Positions 36,761 to 47,733 of a stretch of DNA of 47,733 bases are shown in pieces (position 1 is the stretch's first letter; every line of letters starts with the position of its first letter). The notes beneath the pieces are model-generated. The model was not told the origin of the DNA. It worked only from the letters and a program-made list of their open reading frames with translations, and did no database searches. Source of the DNA: Octopus bimaculoides (lineage: Eukaryota). Both the position numbers and the translations under genes were made by a program. Location of the stretch: positions 54,878,515 through 54,926,247 of the forward strand of contig NC_068983.1 in assembly GCF_001194135.2 (NCBI RefSeq), read 5' to 3'.

Positions 36761-37419
36761 GTGTGTCCGTGTGTCCAACCCATTACCAGCATGGAAAACA
36801 GATGTTTAATGATGATGATGATGATGATGGAAGCATGGTTGTGTGACCATATATACACACTCGCTCCGAAAAAGCAGTGTGAACACACTGAGGTAACATT
36901 TCCTGATATTTAACAGTTATCAAGAGGCAGCAGTGATACATTTTGAAACCAACAAACAGACCAGTTCAGTTACATCAGTCTCCCTAATCAGTTATATACA
37001 CTGGCTCAGACATACTTGTGTGTGTTTGTGAGAGAGAGAAAGCGTCTGAGAGAGAAATGAGAATTTTACGAGGGTGTGATATAGAGTAAGAAAATGGTGA
37101 AAAAAATGTAATGTATATATATATATAGATTTTGTGGTATAGGAAAGAAAGGTGTAAATTCACCTACTTTGTGGGTCCTCTTGTAATGTTGATCCTTTCC
37201 AGCTGCGATATAGCCATAGGAGCCCTACCTGCCTAACTTCTGACCAAAACCATATGGCAAATTGCCTCAACTCACTCACCCACCATGTCCATTCGAAGCG
37301 ACAGCTCCAAAGCAAAAGGGGCCCACACTAAGTCATTCTTCCATTCACCCATTCACCTGACCTCCCTCATTCCTCTCCTTCTGGCAAGGCCCCATCGGCT
37401 GTTCACTTGTCTTCACTGT

Positions 37420-37616
37420 TCATATACTTCTGGCTGCCATTTGAATGGCTGCCATTTAAGCGATGTCATTTTTCATATGTGTTGTTGCAAAATTTGACTT
37501 GTGCATATTAATTTCCATTATGTCCTTTATATTGTATCAAAATTTTATGCATTTATTTGTAAAGTTAAGGAAGTTATTAAAAACTGAAACCCATCAGTCA
37601 CTTTTGGGACACCCTG
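37420..37616 (+). mobile_element. Right end of an IS630-Tc1-mariner element
   Basis: NGCHLSDVIFH resembles recalled transposase C-termini of the GGHLSDVIF type; ends TTTTGGGACACCCTG followed by TA. Confidence 0.5.
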
Positions 37617-37883
37617 TATGTATATATGTACATATATATATTCTCTAACCCCTTGCATTGTACACAGTTCCCTTGGTTCCACCCCCTCACTCGGCTAAGA
37701 GGTTTTAGTTTTTCAAGTTACTTCTCAACCCTGTCGGTGGTTCTGGTGCTATGTAAAGGGCATCCAGACATAGCAACCATACCAGAATGGGCAATTGGAT
37801 TCTAGTGCAGCTCTCCAGTTTGCCAACTCCTGCCAAACCGTCCAACCCATGCCAGCATAGAAAACAGATGTTAAATGATGATG

Positions 37884-37929
<46 letters not shown>

Positions 37930-38286
37930 AAGGCTTAATTAGAATTAATACAGTTTTGAAGTGTAAAGGTAATTTATTTAAAAAATTACTTTTTAAATAA
38001 ATGTTATGAAATCTTTTATCAGCATGTTACTAGCCTTTTTTTGGGGAAGAAGTTTTTTTCTAGTATGTGAGTGCTTTTATTTAACCTTTTCAAACAAGTG
38101 TTTTATATATATATATTTTTGGTGCAAATGGCTTTTTTTATATGGCACCAAGTTTACAATCCCGTAAATAATAATAATGGTATTTTTATATAAGCTTAAA
38201 GCTTATGGTGATCACCGTGCAATGACTAAAGAAAATAATCTAATAAAAGGGCATTTAAGCCCTCGACAGAAAAAAGAAGTCTTTCC

Positions 38287-38358
38287 TATCCGCGTGGGAG
38301 TGGAACCCACATCCCTTTGTTATCGTGACTAAGTGTGTTACCTTTACACCAGTGAATC
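38287..38358 (-). pseudogene. tRNA-like cloverleaf (tRNA-Arg(ACG)-like pseudogene or SINE head)
   Basis: 72 nt; D stem GTGT/ACAC, T stem GTGGG/CCCAC around TTCCACT, acceptor 5 of 7 pairs, irregular anticodon arm containing TCACGAT. Confidence 0.55.
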
Positions 38359-39113
38359 AGCCTTCCCATTTCTGTCAAATTTAAGAACTATAATAGTTTG
38401 TTTGTTTTTATGTAAATAAACTTTCTATATGCTTTTGGTGAAAATGTTTTTTTATACAGTGCCGAGTTTACAAGTCAGAAAATAATAATGATAATTTTAT
38501 ATCAGCTTAAAGCTTATGGTGATCACCCACACATACATACACAATTGCCATTAATGCCCGATACAGGTCAGTGGCTAATCAGATAATATAATCCATGCCT
38601 GTATGGAAAATGGACTTTAGAAATATGATGATGATGGACTTCTTTCAGTTTCCCTCTCTCATTTCCTCTTGCAAGTCTTTGGTGAGCATCTGTTGAACAT
38701 TAGACTTACAGCTAGCTGATACAAAACTGCACAGATGTTTTACAAATGAGGAAGATGTTTTGTTCATTCATTTAATATCCATTTGTTCATAGTAGTTTAG
38801 CTAAGATGGGAAGTTATTTGAAGCAGGATCTTACAACCAGATGCTCTTTTAGTTAAGTGTCACCTGGTTTTCAGCATATGGTTTTTGCCTAAGTGGTAAG
38901 AAGTTTATTTCCCAACAACATGGCACCTTGGACAATTGTCTTCTAATACATCCCTGGGCTGACCAAAGTGTTATAAGTGGATTTAATAGATGGAAAGTGA
39001 AAGAAGCTCATTGCGCATGCGCGTGTATATACATACATATATAACATCTATATATACATGTAGATGTATGTACATATATATATGTATATATGCATATGCT
39101 CACATATCATTTG

Positions 39114-39150
<37 letters not shown>

Positions 39151-39152
<2 letters not shown>

Positions 39153-39528
39153 TACAGGCGTTGCTGTGTGGTAAGAAGCTTGCTTACCAACCACATGGTT
39201 CCAGGTTCAGTCCCACTGCGTGGCACCTTGGGCAGGTGTCTTCTACCATAGCCTTGGACCTACCAAAACCTTGTGAATGGATTTGGTTGGCAGAAGACTG
39301 AAAGAAGCCCATCCTATATATATATGTATATATTTGAGTGTCTGCGTTTGTCCCCCCCCTCAACCGTCACTTGACAACTGATGTTGGTGTGTTTATGTCC
39401 TCGTAACTTAGCAGTTTGGCAAAAGATAGATTAAATACTAGGCTTACAAAGAATAAGTCCTGGGGTTGATTTGTTTGACTAAAGGCAGTGCTCCAGCATG
39501 GCTGCAGTCAAAAGAATAAAAGAATAAA
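39151..39528 (+). mobile_element. Family B SINE
   Basis: Near full length; further B fragments at about 38875-39010, 39545-39760, 40005-40150 and 40515-40740. Confidence 0.85.
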
Positions 39529-40752
39529 TATATATACACACATGTGTGTGTCTCTGTGTCTGTGTTTGTTCCTCATCATCACTTAACAACTGGTTTTGTT
39601 TTTTTTACATCCCTGTAACTTAGCGGTTCAGCAAAACCCACCGATAGAATAAGTATCAGGCTTTTTAAAAAGTATTTAGTACTGGGGTCGATTCATTTGA
39701 CTAAAATGTCAAAGCAGTGCCCCAGTATGGCCACAGTTGATTGACTGAAATAAATAGATAAAAGGAACATATTTTTACAAGAAGAAAAGGAAGAAAAAAT
39801 ACATTAAAAGTATAGAAAATCAAATTATGGAGGGAAAAAAACCCCAAACTGAAAGGAAACAACTGTTCAATATATTTAATAACACACAACTCAAAATCAA
39901 TCTTGTAACATGAGCTGTGATTTGAAGGGGTTTTGGGTTACTATTTCTGGCAGACAGCAACAAGTACTATAAAAAAATTAATAAAAAAATTCAGGCATGG
40001 CTATGTGGTAAGAAGTTTGCTTCCCAACCACATGGTTCTGGGTTCAGTCCCACTGCATGGTACCTTGGTCAAGTGTCTTCCACTATAACCTCCAGATGAC
40101 CAGAGCTTTGTGAGTAGATTTGGTAGACAGAACTTGAAAGAGTCCCTTTGTGTATATCATCATCATCTTCATCTTCATTTAACGTCCGTTGTCTATGCTG
40201 GCATGGGTTGGATGGTTTGACCAGGGCTGGTAAGCTGGAAGGCTGCACCAGACTCCAATCTGATTTGGCATGGTTTTCTATATAAATATGATATCACTTA
40301 TACTCTGTGTAAGTCAGACATTTTTATATGCATTGATACGTACATTTTTTTGTATTAAATGTATTAAATATTTTTTGTATAACAACTTGGCTAACTTGCT
40401 TGTCCTTACATTTACTCCTCTACCTGCTTAAGTTCAAATCTATTGAGCACTACGAAGTGTATTCTATGCAGAGAATACCTGTCTCTAATCTATAAACTAT
40501 AAATATATATCTATGCGTGTTTGTCCTTCCCATCACTTGACAACCTGTGTTGGTGTGTTTATATCCCTGTAACTCCACAGTTTGGCAAACACTTTCGTCA
40601 CTATTGGTCACTACCAATAGAATAAACAGCAGGTTTTAAAACAAAAAAAAACCCCCACTGGGGGTCAATTTATTTGACTAAAAATTTTTTCAAGGTGTTG
40701 CCCCAGCATGGCTTCAGTCTAATGAGGGAAGCAAGTAAAAAAAAAATACATT

Positions 40753-40908
40753 GGAGTGGCTGTGTGGTAAGTAGCTTGCTTACCAACCACATGGTTCTGG
40801 GTTCAGCCCCACTGCATGGCACCTTGGGCAAATGTCTTCTACTATAGCCTCATGCCGACCAAATCCTTGTGAGTGGATTTGGTAGACAAAAACTGAAAGA
40901 AGCCCGCC

Positions 40909-40989
<81 letters not shown>

Positions 40990-41185
40990 TACACAGTATA
41001 TATTATGTATATGTTTGTGTGTCTGTGTTACTCCCTACCACCATTGCTTGACAACTGATGCTGGTCCGTTTACATCCCCGTAACTTAGCAGTTCAGCAAA
41101 AGAGACTGATAGAATAAGTCCTTGGGGTGATTTATTAGACCAAAGATGGTGCTCCTGCATGGCTGAAGCAAATAAAAGAATAAAA
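40753..41185 (+). mobile_element. Family B SINE with long internal (TA)n
   Basis: (TA)n at about 40910-40982 in the standard internal position. Confidence 0.85.
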
Positions 41186-41312
41186 CGGAAAGATATATAA
41201 TACAGTGTGTTGTGTGAATGTCATCCCTGAATTTTTCTCCTTCAATGAAATAAGTTGGCAGCATTTAACAACATATATTTCTTTTGTTGGTTTACCCCTT
41301 AGCATTCAAATT

Positions 41313-41726
41313 CTTTTCTACTCTAGACATAAGGCCCTAAATTTTTGGGGAATGTCCAGTTGATTAGATCGACCTCAATACACAACTGGTACTTAGTTTC
41401 TTGACCCCAAAAGATAAAAGGCAAAATTGACATTGGTGGAATTTGAACTCAGAACATAAAGACAGACGAAATACCGCTAAGCATTTCACCCAGCATACTA
41501 ACATTTCTTATTTCTTTACTGCCCACAGAGGGGACAAACAAGGACAGACAAACGGATTAAGTTGATTATATCGACTCCAGTGCATAACTGGTACTCATTT
41601 AATCGACTCCGAAAGGATGAAAGGCAAAGTCGACCTCGGCGGAATTTGAACTCAGAACGTAGCGGCAGACGAAATACCACTAGGCATTTCACCTAGCATA
41701 CTAACATTTCTGCCAGCTCGCTGCCT
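41313..41726 (-). mobile_element. Nested pair of family A SINEs inserted in MITE family 1 (41292-41937)
   Basis: Outer 14-bp TSD TTAGCATTCAAATT at 41299-41312 and 41727-41740. Confidence 0.88.
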
Positions 41727-41998
41727 TTAGCATTCAAATTATTCTCTCAAATGCAATATTTATTCAAATTGTTATGTATTCATCATACATTATCTCATAG
41801 CTTTTAGATTTCGATGATATGATTGTTTATTTTTAGAATGACATTGTAGGGTATGTGTGAGAGGCCAGATATAGCTGAACATAAAACAGATAGAGTATTT
41901 GGGCTGGATGTGACCATTTTAAATGCTATAGGTTTAAACTTCATAAAACTGATACAATTTTAATTAGTATCTTATCCAAATTTTATTTTAATTTTCAG

Positions 41999-42088
41999 AT
42001 ATTTACATTTTATTTGGCTTTCTGTGGAATTGGTTTAAAGAATGCTCAACAATATGAGAAATCGCTGCTGGAAAACAGACGAAACCAG
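41999..42088 (+). CDS. PDE5A: Next PDE exon, end of GAF-A and linker helix: [30 protein letters not shown]
   Basis: ttttcAG acceptor (41997-41998), GTttgt donor at 42089; 90 nt, phase 0-0, in frame with the 21000 exon. 22/30 identical to recalled PDE5A [30 protein letters not shown], about 12/30 to recalled PDE11A. Confidence 0.93.
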
Positions 42089-42403
42089 GTTTGTGCTGTC
42101 TTTTAGTTGATTTTTTTGTTTGTGTGGTGCTTTTAAAAAAAAAAAAAAATTTTTTTTCTGTAAATTTTGGCTAAATGCTTCATGAATAGTGAAAGTAGTG
42201 ATTAAGAGCTGGTAGGTTCACATGCTAAACCAGACCATAAATAGATCCACTCAGTCATGTTACCTGGAAAACAACAACAATGATGATAATAATAATAATA
42301 ATAATAATAATGGTAGTAATAATGCCAAACCAGTGAAGTTGAATACAAATACTTAGTATGATTCCTCTTTGGAGTAGTACCCAGCTGTTAAATACTTGTT
42401 ATT

Positions 42404-42440
<37 letters not shown>

Positions 42441-42583
42441 GAGGAAAGCAGAAAGGGAGAGAGAATGAGAGAAGACAGGTGAGAGGGGGAGAAAGAAATG
42501 CTATTCTACATGCTAACAAGGAATATTGGATGTAAGAAAAAGGAAAACGAAACAAAAGTTTATGATGGCAGCATATGCTTGCA

Positions 42584-42622
<39 letters not shown>

Positions 42623-42686
42623 CATATACTTGTGTGTGTGAGTGTATGTATATACGTATGTGTGTGTGTGTGTATGTATATACATA

Positions 42687-42728
<42 letters not shown>

Positions 42729-42990
42729 TCACAAATTTTATTACTGACGAGAGATCACATCAAAAGGTAACTCTACTGAAGAGTTGGCTATTCCTGTGTT
42801 TCTTTTTTTGTTTTTTATGTTCAAGTAAATATCTTTTGCCTGATACTTAGAGGGGGGGTAAGATATTGATGTGTTTTGTATGCACAAAGCCAATTTTTTT
42901 TATTTGGAATGTATATATGCACTTATACATAATTTTATATATATATATATATATATAAGACTATATATATGTAAGTGCATATATACATTC

Positions 42991-43029
<39 letters not shown>

Positions 43030-43057
43030 TTGTGTGTGTATGTGTGTGTATATGTAG

Positions 43058-43345
43058 GTATAAGCTACATATATATAAATATATGTATGCATAAGCTATA
43101 TTATATATGTATATATGTGTGTGTATGTGTGTATATATGTATGTATAAACTACATATATAAATATATGTATGCATAAGCTACATTATATATGTATATGTG
43201 TGTGTATATATATATATATGTATAAGCTACATATATATAAATATATGTATATATATGCATAAACTACATTTTGTGTGTGTGTATATGTATGCATAAACTA
43301 CATTCTATGTGTGTGTGTGTGTGTATGCAGTACATTTATATAAAT
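43058..43345. repeat. Higher-order AT-rich minisatellite built on (G)CATAAGCTACAT plus (TA)/(TG) tracts
   Basis: Motif TAAGCTACAT/TAAACTACAT recurs about 7 times. Confidence 0.8.
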
Positions 43346-44117
43346 CTGTATGTATGTATGTATGTATATGTAGTTACCTAAATCATGTCTGATGTTATTG
43401 ACTTTAAAGAGATGAGCCAGTTTTGTATCATTGGATTTTCTCGGTTTTCAAGTGAGAATATTGCCATGTTATCCAATAGTTACAGCTATGCACCCAATGG
43501 TGGCGGTGATGACAAGGAGGATGATCTGCGTTGTCGTTTTTGCATATGCTGTTTCACCATGTTCATATTAGTTTGATTAGATTTATGGAGACGATATTCT
43601 ATGACTGGATGCATTTCCTGTTGCCAACCTTTTCCTGTTTTCTAAGGAAGGTATTTATATTTCAGGAGTGTTTATACATCAGAAACAAGAAAACAGATAT
43701 GCTACCGTCAACCGAATGGTGTCATTGCAAAGATGTGTTGAAATAGCTCATTCATACACACACACACACACACACACACATACATTCATACAGACTCTCA
43801 TGCACAGATACAGACACGCAGACATATACACACACCCTTCTTTCATTTAATATCAGTTTTTCTATGGATGAATACATTCTGTTGATGTTATTTAATAACT
43901 GGATGCTCTTCCTGTCAGCAACCCTTACTCGTTTTTCAAGTTAGGAATAATTTTATCCTCATGTCTTTGAAAGCTAGAGGTAGAGAAGCATTTTATTGAC
44001 AGGAAATGTCAACTAACATTATTCTGTGTACCTAAGTCACTTTCCATGTGAAGTGAGGAATTCATATTAACATGCATGCTTTCTCACTCACACACAAACA
44101 CAGGCATATACTTTATA

Positions 44118-44882
44118 TGAGGTCTGATCAATAAGTATGTGGACTGTAGCCATACTAATGAAGCTAAATCATGAAGGTGTGTAGCAAGTGATTATCACAT
44201 TGACCATGACAGAGAAAGTTGTCATGGTGATACCTACTCAGAAGCTGACGCAAAGTTGCAGAAAGAGTATGGAGAGGAGTGTATGAGCTGCACACAAGTG
44301 TACAAGTGGTTCAGACATTTCCGGGATAGCTGACAGAATGTGGATATTGACGAGCATTCTGGGAAACATGCAACCAGCAGAGCTGAGAAAAACATTGCAA
44401 CTGTGAGGGTAAATCGTTGAATTACTATCCATGAGTTATCAGAGGATGTGCAGATTAAGTTATGGGTCAGTTCAGTCCATTATCAATGAAGGTTTGGGTA
44501 TGAGATGCGTGTCTGCCAAGTTTGTGCCAAAACTGCTTTCAGCTAACCAAAAGACATTCGGGTTTCAGTTGCACAAGATCTCTTTGATTGTGTCGAGAAT
44601 GTTGAAAACTTTGTTGAGACCTCCGAGCAGGTATTGCAAAACTTTTGGGAAAATTTGATGCAGATTCTCTGCTCAACTTTCTCTGTCATGGTCAATGCAA
44701 TGATCACATGCTACACACCTTCCTTCCAAGCACTGCTGCAAACAGTGGAAGTGAGCTAGAACGTTAAAACTTAGTGTGCATGCACAGCAGAGTTCAAGAT
44801 CAATCTCTGCTAAGCGGCTTCAGTCTGCATGCTTTAGTTTCGTTACTACGGCAACAGTCTGGATATTCATTGATCAGACCAT
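44118..44882 (+). mobile_element. Internally deleted, decayed mariner transposon
   Basis: TA + TGAGGTCTGATCAATAAGTATGTGGACTGT; reverse TIR ACAGTCTGGATATTCATTGATCAGACC; peptide remnants YGEECMSCTQVYKWFRHF and SYGSVQSIINEGLGMRCVSAKFVPKLL (WVPHEL-equivalent); no DDD domain. Confidence 0.88.
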
Positions 44883-45326
44883 GTGTGTGTGTGTCATCAT
44901 CATCATCGTTTAACGTCCGCTTTCCATGCTAGCATGGGTTGGACGATTTGACTGAGGACTGGTGAAACCGGATGGCAACACCAGGCTCCAGTCTGATTTG
45001 GCAGAGTTTCTACAGCTGGATGCCCTTCCTAACGCCAACCACTCNNNNNNNNNNNNNNNNNNNNNNNNNNNNNNNNNNNNNNNNNNNNNNNNNNNNNNNN
45101 NNNNNNNNNNNNNNNNNNNNNNNNNNNNNNNNNNNNNTTTATTTTTCAAAATTTATCATTGCGTCTTGCAACCTTTTCAAGAGTTTTGCCTCTCAGTGTG
45201 TTAAATTATAATGTACCAAAAGTAAATGACTCTCCCCAGACACAACAGAATATGCTTTAACACACAAACTCACATAAAGAATCTTGCAAACCAAATCCAA
45301 AAACGAAATATATATATATATATATT

Positions 45327-45790
45327 GGCACATGTGCCAGTGGAGCGCTAAGAGCACCGTCCGAGCGTGATCATTGCTAGAGCAGCTGTCTGGCTTCCAT
45401 GCCAGTGGCACATAAATAGCACCATTTGAGTGTGATCGTTACCAGCATCGCCTTCCTGGCTCTTGTGCCGGTGGCACGTGAAAAAGCATTCGCGCGAAGT
45501 TGTTGCCAGTGCCGCTGGACTGGCTCCTGTGCAAGTGGCATGTAAAAAACACCATTTTGAGCATGGCTGTTGCCATTACCGCTGTGACTGGCCCTCGTCC
45601 CGGTGGCACGTAAAAGCACCCACTACAGTCTTGGAGTGGTTGGCATTAGGAAAGGCATCCAGTTGTAGAAACTCTGCCAAATAAGATTGGAGCCTGGTGC
45701 AGCCATCTGGTTCACAAGTCCTCAGTCAAATCGTCCAACCCATGCTAGCATGGAAGGCGGACGTTAAATGATGATGATGATTATGATGAT
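45327..45790 (+). mobile_element. Long RTE 3'UTR fragment (family D)
   Basis: About five GTGCC-NNN-GGCAC-like units followed by the conserved 3' end and (GAT)n. Confidence 0.85.
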
Positions 45791-46059
45791 GTATATATAT
45801 TAGATAATAAAACAAATGGTTTATACCTGGTAACTTACTGGTAAAACATGGTCACTTTCACAGTGCTCATTATGTATATGGTAAATTAAACACAGAAAAT
45901 GGAAGATATGAGAATTTTTATTAATCACGGTGGTTGCTTTGACACATCTGGCATCGATTCCTCATGGGTGGAATGCTTAGCAACTGGTTCAGGAACATCC
46001 GATGGTGCAGATGTGTCTCTTCGGGTGATAGATATCTCATTAAAATAACAGTCCCGCAA

Positions 46060-46517
46060 TGTATCTTCTCATTATGCTGTGTGCGAGAGAGAAGACTGTG
46101 CTGGTTTGGTCAGGTGATGCATATGGATGTAGACAGCTGCATACAGAAGTGCTGACCACTTAAAGTGGATGGAACTTGTAGAAGAGGCAGATGCAGGAAG
46201 GCCTAGGATGAAGTGTTGAACGCCGACCTCAGCCTTTTGAGAATCTTACAAAGGAGATGTCTAAGGACTGAGATATCTGGTGCAATGCTGTACTGAAGAA
46301 GACCCGTCAGCCACAGGAGAATTGATAGCAGTGCTGCTTGCACTGAAAAAGCACTTGTGCAGGTGCCACGTTAAAAGCAGTTGTTGGCATCGGGGGAGGG
46401 GATCCTGCTGTAGAAAACTTGCCAGAACAGACGTTGAAGCTTAGTACAGCCCCTGGCCCTACCAGCACTGGTCAGACCACACAACCCATGCCAGCATGGA
46501 TCTTAAATGATGATGAT
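46060..46517 (+). mobile_element. Decayed RTE LINE 3' end: ORF2 C-terminus followed by a family D-like 3'UTR
   Basis: RERRLCWFGQVMHMDVDSCIQKC*PLKVDGTCRRGR..IWCNAVLKKTRQ, then AACCCATGCCAGCATGGA..TTAAATGATGATGAT. Confidence 0.8.
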
Positions 46518-47125
46518 ATGTGCTTATACACACATACACGTGCTTATGCACGTGTGTGTGTGTGTGTGTGTGGCTCGTGTGCGGGCGACACATGGGGTCT
46601 TTCGAGCGGGATCGTTGCCAGTGCCCCTGGACTGGCTCTTGTGCGGGTGGCACAGAAAAGACACCATTTCGAGTGTGGCCGTTTTCGTGCGGGTGACACG
46701 TAAAAGCACCCACTACACTCTCTGAGTGGTTGGCGTTAGGAAGGGCATCCAGCNNNNNNNNNNNNNNNNNNNNNNNNNNNNNNNNNNNNNNNNNNNNNNN
46801 NNNNNNNNNNNNNNNNNNNNNNNNNNNNNNNNNNNNNNNNNNNNNNNNNNNNNNNNNNNNNNNNNNNNNNNNNNNNNNNNNNNNNNNNNNNNNNNNNNNN
46901 NNNNNNNNNNNNNNNNNNNNNNNNNNNNNNNNNNNNNNNNNNNNNNNNNNNNNNNNNNNNNNNNNNNNNNNNNNNNNNNNNNNNNNNNNNNNNNNNNNNN
47001 NNNNNNNNNNNNNNNNNNNNNNNNNNNNNNNNNNNNNNNNNNNNNNNNNNNNNNNNNNNNNNNNNNNNNNNNNNNNNNNNNNNNNNNNNNNNNNNNNNNN
47101 NNNNNNNNNNNNNNNNNNNNNNNNN

Positions 47126-47171
<46 letters not shown>

Positions 47172-47232
47172 TGACCGTTGACTGAACACTATTCAATTTT
47201 TTTTCTCCGTGTTTTTCTCCTTGTCTCCGTAT

Positions 47233-47269
47233 TCTTTCTGTTGAAGAGCGTAGCTCGAAACGTCAAAGA
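47233..47269 (+). ncRNA. Minimal type I hammerhead-like motif with variant core (Penelope-like), second copy
   Basis: TCTTT-CTGTTGA-A-GAGC-gta-GCTC-GAAAC-GTC-AAAGA; downstream about 35 nt homologous to the 16208 copy. Confidence 0.6.
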
Positions 47270-47379
47270 CTTTCCGTATTCCCGAGCGTCATACTAATAT
47301 ATACTTTTGTTATTTACACCACCTGTCCTCGTCTGTTGTTATTTTTTGTATATTCTCCCATATATATATATATATATAT

Positions 47380-47545
47380 ATATGACGGGCTTCTTTTAAT
47401 TTCTGTCTACCAAATCCAATCACAAGGCTTTGGTTGACCAGAGGCTATAGTAGAAGACACTTGCCCAACATGCCACGCAGTTGGACTGAACCCGGAACCA
47501 TGTGGTTGGAAAGCAAGCTACTTACCACACAGCCACTCCTGCGCC
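47380..47545 (-). mobile_element. Family B SINE 5' half
   Basis: GACGGGCTTCTTT..CTACCAAATCC..TTACCACACAGCCACTCC. Confidence 0.85.
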
Positions 47546-47733
47546 TATATATATATTAAATTAATAATTATGTTTATATATATGTATATAATAATGTAAA
47601 TTACCTATAAATTTTTATTGCATGCTGACTACCTGATAAAAATCATTAATGTGATTTTATCCTTATATTCTAGTATAACATCATCATCATCATTTAACGT
47701 CCACCTTCCATGCTAACATGGGATATATATATA

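Larger units (their letters stand above)
21162..41998 (+). other. 20,837-bp GT-AG intron of the PDE gene
   Basis: Lies between two exons whose peptides are directly contiguous in PDE5/PDE11 proteins, so no constitutive exon is needed inside it. Confidence 0.85.

Noticed and set aside
2156-47196. Long ORFs made of X runs or YI/HT/CV/NNN repeats in the ORF track
   Set aside because: Artefacts of N gaps, microsatellites and SINE/LINE UTR sequence.

Overview
AT-rich, microsatellite-dense animal genomic DNA from a draft assembly with six N gaps. The SINE/LINE repertoire points to an Octopus species (inference from recalled repeat sequences, not a search). The window is mostly intron of a + strand GAF-domain cyclic-nucleotide phosphodiesterase (PDE5/6/11 clade, closest to PDE5A as I recall it). 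Two phase-0 exons (21000-21161 and 41999-42088) join in frame across a 20,837-bp GT-AG intron; I found no flanking exons. The rest is nested repeats: several tRNA-derived SINE families, 5'-truncated RTE LINEs and many copies of their 3'UTR, mariner/hAT/piggyBac-like DNA transposon remnants, and fold-back elements. Three short Penelope-like segments carry minimal type I hammerhead ribozyme motifs. Most ORFs in the supplied track are microsatellite or SINE artefacts. The most interesting signals are the hammerhead motifs (one near-canonical, two sharing a variant core), a SINE that appears to insert into its own head at GAAA sites, head-to-tail SINE arrays, covarying hairpins in the RTE 3'UTR, and an intronic hairpin whose mismatches are mostly G.U on the sense strand. 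Family labels A-D are my own working names; repeat boundaries are approximate unless a TSD or TIR is quoted.
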